From: Stegostoma tigrinum
Lineage: Eukaryota
Direction of reading: 5' to 3'
NCBI RefSeq assembly: GCF_030684315.1
Contig: NC_081376.1
Span: 34,315,608 to 34,379,607, forward strand
Length of the DNA: 64,000 bases
The position numbers were made by a program, and so were the translations under genes. Below, one piece after another: positions 51,437 to 63,961 of this stretch. Each line of letters starts with the position of its first letter. Within the stretch, counting starts at the first letter, position 1. Under the pieces are notes generated by a model. It was not told the origin of the DNA, did no database searches, and worked only from the letters and a program-made list of their open reading frames with translations.

Positions 51437-52211
51437 GTGAGCATAGTAGCTGTTTGTTCTTATGTTCAAGTCCACTCCGGCACCACCCCCCCCCCCAGAT
51501 AATGTCACCCTCCATGATCTAATGATGACCATGATTGCTGGAAAAACCCACTAGGCTCATTAATGCCCCTCTTAGGGAAGGTAATGGCCATCCTAACCTG
51601 GTCTGGTCCACACCAATGTGGTTAACTCTTAACTACCCCCTGGTGGCCTAGAAGGTGACGCCTTCATTCCATGACTGGACACAAAGACAACTCTGCCTTA
51701 AAAAGCTGTGATTGTTGAGCATCAGTAGAAGCTGGGGGGGGCGGGGGGGGGGGGAGGGGCTGGACTGGGGGGTTTTGGGGGGGTGTTGTAATTTCCCGCC
51801 GTACTCATTGGAAAGGGAAGGCTAGAAACAAGCTTTGCCTCCCTGAGATTTTCAGGTCAGAGGCAGGAATGGGGCAGGGTCATTACCCAGCAGCCTCTAC
51901 TCCTCGGGAAGGTGGTAACTTCCACCCTCCGCATTTAGGAGTATTTTCCTACTTTCAATCCTGCAATGTCTGCCTCTAAAGTTTAGGCTATGGCCATAGA
52001 CTAGCCTCCTCAGCCAACAGAAATAGTTCCTCATAATTTACTCCATTTTAATATCTCACAAATTTCAATCCACACGTCCCTCAAATCTTGTAAATGCCAT
52101 GGAACCTTAAGGTTAACCTAAACACAATCTTAGTTTGCTTAATGCAGCCATGTACGTTAACCCTTGAACTTTATTCTGTTTTGTGGTTTTGTGGTTTCTT
52201 TGGCATGATGG

Positions 52212-52385
52212 NNNNNNNNNNNNNNNNNNNNNNNNNNNNNNNNNNNNNNNNNNNNNNNNNNNNNNNNNNNNNNNNNNNNNNNNNNNNNNNNNNNNNNNNN
52301 NNNNNNNNNNNNNNNNNNNNNNNNNNNNNNNNNNNNNNNNNNNNNNNNNNNNNNNNNNNNNNNNNNNNNNNNNNNNNNNNNNNNN
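52212..52385. other. Assembly gap (174 N)
   Basis: Run of N ending 15 bp before an OTOA exon. Confidence 1.
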
Positions 52386-52400
52386 CTCTCACTTACCCAG

Positions 52401-52633
52401 CTTGCATTTACTACCATCGACTTTGGGCATGTTAAAAACCAGTTAACACAGATGCCAGGAGGGAACCGTTCTCTCTTTGAGAGCAGCTGGAAGAAGTGTT
52501 TACCGTCGATCAGCTCCTTTCAGTGTCTGGAGCTGGTGATTGAGGCCCTGAGACTGACTTCAGCTGTCTACCTACAGCCAGAGATGGTTCTGAACCTGCC
52601 AAAAGACCTTCAAGAGGAGACATTTAAAAATAT
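52401..52633 (+). CDS. OTOA: OTOA exon
   Basis: IDFGHVK...PGGNRSLF...C...C...YLQPE...LPKDLQEETFKN; CCCAG| and |GTAAGA. Confidence 0.92.
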
Positions 52634-52868
52634 GTAAGATCTTAACTTATCCTTTGGAGTGTGCTTTCTAACCTGCTATAATATTCCTTGGGTGTATTTC
52701 ACAGGCTCATTTTTCTCATTGCCTTGAGCAGGTTGGCGATCCCTTGTCTGAGAGATTGTCAATGACATGGTGCTGCTGGACAGTGAGAACCATAGAGAGG
52801 GGTCTCAGTTTGCCCCACCCCTGTCCTTTCCAACAGCATTCACTTAAGGAAGCTTGAAACCATTGGAG

Positions 52869-53927
52869 TCCCCGCCATAACCGCCCAAAGAGAATCCCCC
52901 CAGTCCTCACACACCACCCCACCAACCTCCGGATACAATGCATTATCCTCCGACACTTCCACCATCTACAATCCGACCCCACCACCCAAGACATTTTTCC
53001 ATTCCCCCCATCCTTGTCTGCCTTCCGGAGAGACCACTCTCTCCATGACTCCCTTGTCAGCTCCACACTCCCCTCCAACCCCACCACACCCGGCACCTTC
53101 CCCTGCAACCGCAGGAAGTGCTACACTTGCCCCCACACCACCTGCCTCACCCCCATCCCAGGCCCCAAGATGACATTCCACATTAAGCAGAGGTTCACCT
53201 GCACATCTGCCAATGTGGTATACTGCGTCCACTGTACCCGGTGTGGCTTCCTCTTCATTGGGGAAACCAAGCGGAGGCTTGGGGACCGCTTTGCAGAACA
53301 CCTCCGCTCGGTTCGCAATAAACAACTACACCTCCCAGTCACGAACCATTTCAACTCCCCCTCCCATTCCTTAGACGACATGTCCATCCTGGGCCTCCTG
53401 CAGTCCCATAATGATGCCACCCGAAGGTTACAGGAACAGCAACTCCGATTCTGCTTGGGAACCCTACAGCCCAATGGTATCAATGTGGATTTCACCAGCT
53501 TCAAAATCTCCCCTCTTCCCACTGCATCCCAAAACCAGCCCAGCTCATCCACTCCCCCCACTGCATCCCAAAACCAGCCCAGCTCGTCCCCGCCTCCCTA
53601 ACCAGTTCTTCCTCTCACCTATCCAATCCTCCCACCTCAAGCCGCACCTCCATTTCCCACTTACTAACCTCATCCTGCCTCCTTGACCTGCCCGTCCTTC
53701 TTAGACTGACCTATCACCTCCCAACCTCCCCACCTATACTCTCATCTCCACCTATCTTCTTCCCTATCCATCTTCAGTCTGCCTCCCCCTCTCTCCCTAT
53801 TTATTCCAGAACCCTCACTCCATCCCCCTCTCTGATGAAGGGTCTAGGCCCGAAGCATCAGCTTTTGTGCTCCTGAGATGCTGCTGGGCCTGCTGTGTTC
53901 ATCCAGCGCCACACTTTGTTACCTTGG
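52869..53927 (+). mobile_element. Penelope-like (Neptune-type) 3' fragment: GIY-YIG region + pseudo-LTR
   Basis: Close paralog of ~5780-6864 (CNRRKCYTC, VVYCVHCTRCGFLFIGETKRRL); hammerhead GAAA box mutated. Confidence 0.92.
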
Positions 53928-54414
53928 AGAATGTTTCTCACTTGTTAATAGTTATCCATCAACCTGTATCACAAAGACAGAGAATCTGATTATTATCACC
54001 TTGCTATGTATAATTTGGCTGCCACATTTCCACATCACAACAGGGGGCTATATACCAAAAAAGTACTTAATTGGCTGTAAAGAATTTTGGGATGTTTTGC
54101 TGTTGTGAAAGATACCATAGAGATATAAGACTCTCTCTTTCTTCATTGTCATGCACTGACCTATAGTCTATTCCCAATGGTATTTTCCAAGAGTGAGAAT
54201 ATAGTTAGAAAGTGTATCTTTGACATAAAGACAGTGGGATGCGGATGAAATGTTTTGCTCCTCTTGTCAGCCTGATTGTAGGTTGTGAATTGTCAGCCAT
54301 GGCTCAGAGTCTCGCCTCTGAGTCAGAATGATGTGGGTTCCAGCGCCCTCCGAAGGATGGACCATATAACCCAGGCGGCCAGTCTTGATGTAATCCTGAT
54401 ACAGAGCCTCTGTC

Positions 54415-54634
54415 GAAGATAACAAAATGTGGGGCTGGATGAACACAGCAGGCCAAGCAGCATCTTAGGAGCACAAAAGCTGACATTTCGGGCCTAGACC
54501 CTGCATCAGACAAAAGGGTCTAGGCCCGAAACGTCAGTTTTTGTGCTCCTCAGATGCTGCTTGGCCTGCTGTGTTCATCCAGCTTCACACTTTGTTATCT
54601 TGGATTCTCCAGCATCTGCAGTTCCCATTATCTC
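54415..54634 (+). mobile_element. Fold-back Penelope-like insertion
   Basis: Inverted arms meeting near the hammerhead motif; 14-bp TSD ACAGAGCCTCTGTC at 54401-54414 and 54635-54648. Confidence 0.88.
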
Positions 54635-54734
54635 ACAGAGCCTCTGTCTGCTGTTGTACCAGCCTGTTAACCAACAATGTTCCTTGTTAACCAAAGGTGT
54701 GAACTCAACTGACCAAACAAAACTCCAACTCTAG

Positions 54735-55185
54735 AGATAATGGGGACTGCAGATGCTGGAGAATCCAAGATAACAAAGTGTGGAGCTGGATGAACACAGC
54801 AGGCCAAGCAGCATCTCAGGAGCACAAAAGCTGACGTTTCGGGCCTAGACCCTTCATCAGAGAGGGGGATGGGGAGAGGGAACTGGAATAAATAGGGAGA
54901 GAGGGGGAGGCGGACCGAAAATGGATAGAGGAGAAGATAGGTGGAGAGGGGAGTATAGATGGGGAGGTAGGGAAGACGGACAGGTCAAGGGGGCGGGATG
55001 AGGTTAGTAGGTGGGAAATGGAGGTCCGGCTTGAGGTGGGAGGAGGGGATAGGTGAGAAGAAGAACAGGTTAAGGAGGTGGGGACGAACTGGGCTGGTTT
55101 TGGGATGCAGTGGGGGGAGGGGCGGTTGTGCTCCTGAGATGCTGCTCGGCCTGCTGTGTTCAGCCAGCTCCACACTTTGTTATCT
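54735..55185 (-). mobile_element. Penelope-like 3' fragment with inverted pseudo-LTR
   Basis: Reverse complement of the element 3' UTR plus inverted arm 55127-55185; 12-bp direct repeat CTCCAACTCTAG at 54723-54734 and 55184-55195. Confidence 0.87.
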
Positions 55186-55336
55186 CCAACTCTAGCGGTT
55201 TGTTTTGCAGTGAATGGATATGTAATGTCTACAAAGCTCCATTTATTGACTTTTGCAGTTTCATCCATGATAAATCTTGCCTTCTGTGACTCATTTTGTA
55301 TCCCTGTTGATAAAAGAATTACTCTGGTTTTTTCAG

Positions 55337-55440
55337 AACAACTGTGTTTAAGGAGCTCTATGACAAAATGGCTGCTCGCACACAAAGAGCGATATATGAA
55401 TGGATGAGACAAACGCTGCAGCGATCCTATAAACCACCTG
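55337..55440 (+). CDS. OTOA: OTOA exon
   Basis: TTVFKELYDKMAARTQRAIYEWMRQTLQ; compare human AVFKDLYDKTSAHSQRALYSWM. Confidence 0.94.
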
Positions 55441-55526
55441 GTAGGTTGGCCTGAACTGGATGAATGGGCCCTTTCAAGAAGAGGGTGGACTTTTCACAGT
55501 GATGAATTTCATTCTCCACAAAACAG

Positions 55527-55633
55527 GGCTGAGTGGATCAGGATCGTGGATCACTGCTGAGAACCTGTGGTTTCTGGGTCGATACATTGTCCACCTGCCT
55601 GTAGAGGAGATCCAGAAGATCAGCCTTAATGAA
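55527..55633 (+). CDS. OTOA: OTOA exon
   Basis: SWITAENLWFLGRYIVHLPVEEIQKISLNE. Confidence 0.94.
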
Positions 55634-56147
55634 GTGAGTGAAAGGGGCTCAGAATGCAAGCTGTAAAGCTTGACTCTTCTCCAAATTCGGCAAAATTAGT
55701 GAGGCTAGCAGCTATGAAGGGGAAGAAAGGCCTATTCTTATTCCATGACTGCTTGTATCCCATAAATGATCTCTGAAAGAGGCCACTGGTTTGTGGAATA
55801 AAAATGAATGGCGTTACCCATCACCATTGTTCCAATGATTCTATTTCCACACCCTTCCCCTCAACTGAATCGGTATGTGAAGATCAATGCAGGAATTCAT
55901 TTATCCCTGCTCACTATGCTTGTATTAAAGAGGTTTACATTAGGGAGCAAAGATGGGGGTTGAACTGGAGGCTAGAATTGGAGGGAGTGCCCTGATTTTG
56001 AAGAGTATACAGTTGCAGGAAGTTACAGTGATGGGGTGGCTTAAGGGAGCGTTGCTTATGTTGAGTGAATCTCTTTAAAGGTTGGCTGGGGTATCTGTGA
56101 AATGCCCACTCTAATTTACTGGGGGTGGGTGTTTTCTTTAATCACAG

Positions 56148-56287
56148 ATTCGACTGTTCATTAATTATGACAATGCGACAAAGCAGCTGGACTCAGTGTA
56201 TGACATTACACCTGCCACTGCTAAAGCTTTCCAAGAAAGGATTGATGCCAGTGGGTTTGATTTGACCAACACTTCCACGGTGTACAG
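56148..56287 (+). CDS. OTOA: OTOA exon
   Basis: IRLFINYDNATKQLDSVYDITPATAKAFQERIDASGFDLTNTSTVYR. Confidence 0.95.
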
Positions 56288-56459
56288 GTAAACAGCAGTT
56301 CCTTCACCTCACCCTACCCTCCAACCCATCACTCAGACCAGTCCCTCCACACTCCAATGTGACGTCCTGCTCCCCCTCTCTTACACACGAAAGCACTTGC
56401 TGTCGGGAATGTGACTTGATTTAGTCGCATGTGCTCAGCCACTTCCTGAACTTTTCCAG

Positions 56460-56583
56460 GCTTGGTCTTCTGGTCTGTTTCTTCGACAACATCCAGGAGC
56501 TAGACACTGGGGAGGCTCACAGCTTACTCCACCAGATGATAAAGTGCAACCGTCTGAAGGGATTCCAAGTTGCTGTGAGAAAG
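56460..56583 (+). CDS. OTOA: OTOA exon
   Basis: LGLLVCFFDNIQELD...LLHQMIKCNRLKGFQVAVRK. Confidence 0.95.
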
Positions 56584-56689
56584 GTAGGACATTCCTTGGA
56601 CACACACGCAGGTATTTCTGCAGGAAACCTGGGACCTTAAATATCAGAGCAACCAAGAAATCCGAAAAGAAATTTGGGAGGAGTTTCTG

Positions 56690-57060
56690 CTGGGGCTATT
56701 TTTCCTGGAGGGCCGGCAGCTGAGGGATGACCTTATACAAGTTTATAAAATCATGAGGGGCATGGATAGGTTGGATATTCAAGGTCTTTTCCCCAGGGTA
56801 AGGGAGTCCAAAACTAGAGGGGTGAGAGGGGAAAGATTTAAAAAGGACCCAAGGGCTAACATTTTCATGCAGAGGCTGAGATGGCGTTGGGTTCACTTAT
56901 AACATTTAAAAGGCATCTGGATGGGTATATGAATAGGAAGCGCTTAGAGGCGTATGGGCCAAATGCTGGCAAACGGGACTAGGTTAGTTTAAGATATCTG
57001 GTCAGCATGGACAGGTTGGACTGAAGGATCTGTTTCTGTGCTGTATATCCCCCTGATTCT
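56690..57060 (+). mobile_element. CR1 LINE 3' fragment
   Basis: GTTTATAAAATCATGAGGGGCATGGATAGG...GGACTGAAGGATCTGTTTCTGTGCTG. Confidence 0.82.
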
Positions 57061-57829
57061 GACTGTTTATACAGAGAGTGGTTTTAGTTGTGACGGACTG
57101 CATGTCAGTGCAGTCTTGGAGGGTCGAAGTGTCTGTTCCTGTACTGTAATTTTCTTTGGTGAAAATGGGCAATTCGCTACCACAAAGAGTGGTGATGTAC
57201 AGTATAGATATGCTCAAGAGGAAACGAGATAAACAATGAGGGAGAAAGGATGCCTGACAAGGCTTAACAATGAGATGAAGTGTGGGTGTGAGGACGCAGG
57301 TGTGTGCACTAGTACGGATGGGTTGGGCTGAATGGCCTGTTATTGCGCTGTATTCTGCTCTTCACCCCTCATTTCATCCTCCTCTTTATCCGCTTATAGA
57401 CTCCTATTGATTCCAGATGTTTGCGAGTGTTGTATAATGATGTTGGAGTGAATTCCACTTGCCACTACAAACACATTTTACCACAAAAAGGATCTCAAAG
57501 AGATATTTAGAGACACTTGGGAACACTTTCAACTTCTGACCCTAGTAGAGGCATGTCATCTTCTCTGAACATCCACAAATGGTCTATTCAGGGTGTGTTT
57601 ATGGTTTAAAAAACACAAAGAACTGCGGATGCTGGAAATCAGAAACAAAAATAAGATTTGCTGGAGAAACTCAGCAGGTCTGGCAGCATCTGTAGAGAAA
57701 AAGCAATGTTATCATTTTGGACTCAGTGAACCTTTTTCAGGACGTTGAGCACAGAGTGTTTAGAGATTCTCAACTCAGAAATCTAGACAGATTCAGAAAT
57801 GACTGTTTCCCCTTTTGAGACTCTGTGGA

Positions 57830-58250
57830 TATCGCTGTTGTCTCGGAGTCTGAAGCTCATGGTTTCAAGGCCCATTCTAAAAGATGAGCATGATACCTAA
57901 CTGACAACCTCAGTGCAGGACTGAGACAGTTCTGCACTATTAGAAATGCCACTTTTGGATATGATGTTAAACTGAGAATCCCTCTGCCCCCTCAATGAGT
58001 GTGAAAATTTCCATTGCACTATTTTGAAAAAGGGACAGGGGTAGTCCTTCCCGATATCCTGCTCTTTATTGGTCCTTCAACCAACAGATTCACTGGTCAT
58101 TATCACATTGTTATTTGTGGAAGCTCACTATGCACAAAGTGGCTGTTAAGTTTCCTACATTTTAACAGTGATCAGACTTCAAAAGATACATAATTGTTGT
58201 ACTTTGCAAAATTTCTAAAGTTATGGCGGTGTTATGTAGATGCAATTTTT
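57830..58250 (+). mobile_element. Old tRNA-derived SINE (DeuSINE-like)
   Basis: GAGTCTGAAG..GGTTTCAAGGCCCA..CAGTGCAGGACTGAG..GATGTTAAACTGAG..TGGTCATTATCACATTGTTATTTGTGG; related copies at ~47580-47990 (-) and 54305-54400. Confidence 0.55.
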
Positions 58251-59326
58251 AAATTTTAATTTTTGTTAATGTTCTCATGTGAGTGTGTGCTGGAAAGGGG
58301 ATGATCTCTATTTGGCAGTTATTGGAGGAACTCTAATAGGCTTCAGTACCCTCCCCAATCCTGGGAGTGGGGAAGGAGCAATCATTGTTTTGTTCCAGGC
58401 TACCATTGCTGGACCCTCTGCTGGTGACAAAATGAATCCTTTGTGATGAATACCTTGGCCAAATAACCCACTGACACTGACAGATATACCAGAGCATTGC
58501 TCATTTCGTTACGCAGGAGGCCAAAAAGTGGCAACAGTTGCAGAGGATAATGTTGTTTTGCACACATCCATATTTAAACAACAACAATTTGTATTTATAT
58601 AGCACCTTTCAATGCAGCAAAACGTTTGCAGAATGTTTGCAAGAGTGATATCAAGCAAAACTTGACACCTACCCACACAGGGAGACATTAGGACAAGAGA
58701 TCAAGAGCTTAGCCTAAGGGTTAGGTTTTAAGGAGCATCTTTGTATTTGGTATTCCCTTCCTCAAAAGGCAGTGGATTCAGAATATTTAAAGATTTTAAG
58801 GCAGAGTTGGATAGATCATTGATTACCAGAAAGATAAAGGATTGTCGGGGGTATGCAGGAATGTAGAGTTGAGGCTAAAATCAGATCAGCCAGGGTCTTA
58901 TTTGAATGAATGAGCAGGTTTGAAGGACCGAGTGGCCTACTCTTCCCCTTTGTCTGTCTTTGTGAAAGAGTGAAAGAGAGGAGGGAGGGAAGGTTCGGGG
59001 TGGGAATTCCAGAGCTTTGGGGTAAAGGTGAAGTGAATGAAATTAGGGATGTTAAAAAGGCCAGTATTAGAGGAGCAAGGGGCTTTACAGGGTTGGTTCT
59101 GGGGATTACAGAAAGTGGAAGGGGAGGGGCCTTGAAGGAATTTGAGAATAAAGACAAGGCATTGCCAGACTGTACATCAGTGAGCACTTGAGACCTCCTC
59201 CTTTCTGCTCACTATGGAACCCTCTGGTAAATTTTGCCACTTTGACGGCACCATTAATGAGGCCAAATTGAATTTGCAATGGCAGAAACTTGATTCTGTA
59301 TATTTCTTTCTCTTTTTTGCTTTCAG

Positions 59327-59542
59327 TTGAAATCCCACCTCCTGGAATTAGTCCTAAAAAACCAGACCCTGAATGAATCCTTGGACTCCATCTCAGATGC
59401 AATTGCTGGGCTGTCTTTCACACAGCTTGAGTCACTGTCCCCACAAGCTGTGCGGAGCGCCATTTCTGCCCTAAGGACAGTAGCCGGGTGGACAGAGAGC
59501 CAGATGATCATCCTTGTGGACAAATTTATCGGCGACAGTAAG
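59327..59542 (+). CDS. OTOA: OTOA exon
   Basis: LKSHLLELVLKNQTLNESLDSISDAIAGLSFTQLESLSPQAV...GWTESQMIILVDKF. Confidence 0.95.
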
Positions 59543-61793
59543 GTGAATAGTGGCCCAATTGGGGAACTCGTACAGGCCTGCATCTTAAGGAGTGAACCCT
59601 TGTCTTCTGAATTTTGAGAAAATACAGAGAATGACTGAATGGAATTTGATTCCCTCGACATATGGATCAGTAACTGGAGGTCACGGGGCTGAGTTTCACC
59701 GCAATTTGGCCAAGTGTCAATTCTGAAGAGCTTTGGAGAGCGGTTCCCTTCGCGAGAGGCTGCAGCATTGATCTGGCCACAGGGAAATGAGAGAAATGTC
59801 ACAGCCTTGATACATTTGTAGGTTGAAGATTGAGAATCCCTGGGGTCTTCTTAGAAAGAGCCAGCTAAGTGAGAAATGTAGCTCAGCTGTCACCTGACAA
59901 CGACTGAGCCACTTGCTCTGTGGTGTCACAGGTCCTGTTTCCTGACCTGGTCCTGTGGTATTACTGGGAATATGAGAGTTCTCAAGGATATGGACATCAT
60001 GCCACTTGCAGGGTCCTGAGTGATGATGTTTTAAACTGTGTGTCCTTGCAAGGTCCATGCATGGGTGCCAGTGCATCAGCACATGTGCTGAGCCTGCCAG
60101 CAGCTGCATGGCTGTGCAGCCACACTGCTTGGAGGTCACGGGACACCCTCAACCTGCAGCAACACTGCACCCCTCTCACCTGGAGGAACTGGAATTCAGG
60201 CCCCTCCGCCAACACTCCCCCCAACCCCAGCACATCCTGAGGGGATCTTCCTGTCTAACCTCTTTATGTAGAGGCTGGTCACCATCCACTGGAGAGTGTA
60301 GTTGGGCCTGAGTTTGCACTGGACCCATCTGTGTTCCTCCTAAATTTCATTGCATCACAGTAACAGTGATGCTAACCCCAGCTCTGGCTGGACCCATTGA
60401 CCATACGTCCAATGACCCAATGTGGGAAATATCAGAAAAAAAACAATTGATCCTTAGTAATGTGAGCAGTTGACATTCACCCCTCCCACAAATAACAGCT
60501 GAGCATTCTCCTGCACACAGTGGAACATGGAGGACTCCAACAAGGAGCACCATGGAACACCTCTGAATGGAACTATGAAATAGAAATCTTCCTCTGATAA
60601 ATCAATACAAGACTTGTCACAAAAACATAGGAATTATACAATACGTCAAATCTCCCAAGACAACCTTGTCTCAGGCCCATATCACACAAGAAAGGCGTCA
60701 TTGTAGAGAAAAGCGGGTTGGTAAAGACAGTTCCAGTTGGGAGAGAAATTGGTTCAGTTGCCCCTGTGCGGAACAGCCTGTGCATTATCTTTGTGCTCTG
60801 TGACCTGCGTGGTCACCAGGGATTACATCTGATTGTTGGAGATGACTGTCTTTGGTCTGTAATGGCCAATGACATGATGTTGTGATTACAGATGACTTCA
60901 GCCTGCACTGTGAAAGTATCTGATTCATGCAGACAAACCTTGAAGGGATTCATGTCCCTCACAAGTGCAGCCCATTCCTCAGACAGGAAAAAAACCACTC
61001 ATTCTACTTGTAGTTGCAGCTATTCTGTATTTTGACTGCACATTTATGATTCACATGAGTACTGAATGCCACTCAGGTCACACTTAGCACATTTAGTCTC
61101 AGGATCTGGTGATCAAGACCCCCCGCACCTGCCCCAAACCTTCATGTGTTTTTTTGTTCTGGACTGATTTTTGTGCAGTGCTCTGACTGACTTCATGAAA
61201 ATCCCCAGTATGCTTGAGCTGGACCTGCAGGCCCGCTCTCCCTGGATTGTAGTGACACTGATCCTGTATCAGCCCAAGCTGATGCATGCAAACAGACCTT
61301 CTGTTGTTCACGAATGAAGCTCTCATCTCGCCGTTGGTAAATGGGACTCTTGCTCTCAAGATTAAGAAGCTACCTGCTGGCCATTTTGTGCAATTTTCCC
61401 AGCTCTCTCAGCAATGCCCACGTCATCCATTACCCGGGGAAGATTCAACCCACAGCTTTCAAATAATTAGTGATTGTCTTACACAACTAGTTGCTCCTGG
61501 AATGCACTGTCCCAATGAGCTGTGGAATCTGATTCAACATCAACTTTGAACAACGATAAATTAGAGGAAAGGGAAAAGAAATTCTGTAGAGGTATGAGGA
61601 ACAAGCAGGGGAGCGTGACAACCAGATAGATCTTTCAAAAAAACTAGCAGAGGTTTGATGGACTGAATGGTCTCCATGCTGGTTGTATTATTTTATGGTG
61701 ATGTGAAACAATCAATGAGATGTTGAAGTCCAGGGGAAGGGCATGTTTTCAGTGGGATTTCTGTATCTCTGTTTTATTGTCTCCACTTTGCAG

Positions 61794-61961
61794 CAGTTGT
61801 CGCTCTTCAACATCAGCCAGTTGGGTGAGCTAATGTTGGGAGTCAGTTCAGGCTTGTTGTACAACGTGAGTGCCGAGGATCTCATTCAGGCTGTGACAGG
61901 CACACTGTCAGATCATGCAGCACAGCTCTCTCCAGTCCAACGCATGGTGGTGGTCTCCAAG
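61794..61961 (+). CDS. OTOA: OTOA exon (CAGCAG tandem acceptor)
   Basis: QLSLFNISQLGELMLGVSS...LSPVQRMVVVSK |GTAATC. Confidence 0.93.
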
Positions 61962-62004
61962 GTAATCTGTACTCTTTTATCTCAGAATTGTCCTACTTAA
62001 TTAT

Positions 62005-63090
62005 TGAGTCATATGCTCAGAAACAGGCCCATCTGTCCACCTCATCTGCACCGATCAGACATCCCAATCTGAGCTGATCCCATGTGCCAGCATTTTGCCC
62101 ATATCCCTCTAAACCCTTCCTATTCATATATCCCTCCAGATTGTTGTGATTGTACCATCCCCCACCACCTCCTCTGGCAGCTCATTCCATACATGCACCG
62201 CACTCTGTGTGAAAATGTTACCTCTCGGGTCCTTTTTGAACTTTCCCCTCTCCCTTAAAACCTATGTCCTCTGGTTATGGACTGCCCGCTCCTGGGAAAA
62301 GACCTTGACTATTATTCCTATCCATGCCCCTTATGATTTTATAAACCTCTAAAACGTCACCCCTCAGCTCCAATGCTCCACTGAAAATAGCCCTAGCCCT
62401 ACAGCTCAAACCTTCCAACCCTAGCAACATCCTTGTAAATGTATTCTGCATCCTTTCAAGTTTAATATCTTTTCCATACAAGTGCGACCAGAATTGAATG
62501 CAGCTTTCCAAAATACTCACCAATGTCCGGAACAGCTGCAACATGATGTCCCAATTCCTATACTCAATGTTATGACCAGTGAAGGCAAGTGTGTTAAATG
62601 CCCTCTTCGCCACCTTGTCTACCTGTGATGCTACTTTGGAGGAACTGTGCACCTGCACCCCTAGGTCATCTGTTTGGCAACACTCCCCAGAGCCCTACCA
62701 TTAACTGTGTGAGCCCTGCCCTGGTTTGCTTTCCAAAATGCAATACCTCACTGTTTTCAAAATTCAACTCCATCTTGCCACTACTCAGCCCATTGGCCCT
62801 TCTGGTTGAGGTCCTATTGTACTCTAAGATAATCTTCTTCCCTGTCTACTAGACCACCTATTTTGGTATCATTGCAAACTTACTAACCATGCCTGCTATA
62901 TGTACATCCAAATCATTTATATAAATGATGAAAAGCAGTGGACCCAGCACCAATCTTTGTGGCACACCGCTGGTCACGGGCCTCCTGTCCAAAAAACAGC
63001 CGTCACACACCACCTTCTATCTCCTACCTTTGAGCCAACTTTATATTCCTTTGGCTAGCTCCCCCAGATGATCTAACCTTACTAACCAGT
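62005..63090 (-). mobile_element. CR1 LINE, 5'-truncated
   Basis: [13 protein letters not shown]; QVHSSSKVASQVDKV...LFRTLV..LESCIQFWS. Confidence 0.9.
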
Positions 63091-63110
63091 CTATCCTTGC
63101 TTGTTTTCAG

Positions 63111-63906
63111 TTGTTGGTTGGTTCGCCGAGCTGACTGGTTTTCATTGCAAACATTTCATCTCCCTTCTAGCTGACGTCTTCAGTGCTGCCTAGACTATGT
63201 TGAAGCGCTATTGTCCTGTCTCGTTCTGAATTTATATGGTCCAGTCTGCCATGGTAAGGAGTCCTGTTTCTGGTTTTGTACCATAGTGGGACCTAGATGG
63301 GGTTTATTTCAACATGTTTGTTTATCGCACCAGTAGTTGAAAACCAGGCCTCCAGGAATTCTTGTGGTTGTCTTTGCCTTGCTTGTCCTAGTACTGTGAC
63401 ATGGTCCATGTTCAACCGATGTCCTTTTGTCGGTGTGAATAGAAGTGAGGGAGAGTTGGTCATGCCATTTCGCTGCGAGTTGGTGTTTGTGTATCCTGGT
63501 GGCAAGTTTCCAGCCCGTCTGTCCTGTGTGGTGTTTCTCACAGTAGCTGCATCCATACCATGTATCGAAGGACATTAATTTAACTGGGACCCTGTTACAG
63601 TGCTTGGATAAGTGAGACAAAGACAAACAGGAGAATTCCTGGAGGCCTGGTTTTTGACTACTGCTGTGATAAACAAACATGTTGAAATAGACCCCACCTA
63701 TGTACCACCACAGTACGAAACCAGAGACAGGACTACTTACCATGGCAGACCGGACCATAAAAATTCAGAGTGGGACAGAACAGTAGCGCTTCAACAGAGT
63801 CTAGACAACACTGGAGATGTCAGCTTGAAGGGAAATGAAATGTTTGCATGAAAACCAGTCAACTCGGCGAACTAACCAACAACTCCAGCCACAACCCGCT
63901 AAAACA
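63111..63906 (-). mobile_element. Second-family Penelope-like (Poseidon-type) 3' fragment with long inverted duplication
   Basis: TGQTGWKLATRIHKH...EFLEAWFS..AINKHVEI on - and EFLEAWF...INKHVEI on +; 16-bp direct repeat TTGCTTGTTTTCAGTT at 63097-63112 and 63907-63922. Confidence 0.85.
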
Positions 63907-63961
63907 TTGCTTGTTTTCAGTTTTTCTTCTTTTGATCCTGAGCACTTACTCTGATCTACAG

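Noticed and set aside
51733-51785. G-quadruplex-like G tracts (also poly-C at 3872-3903 and 20449-20466)
   Set aside because: Simple homopolymer runs with no evidence of function.
52094-52446. ORFs spanning X runs
   Set aside because: Artefacts of the N gap.
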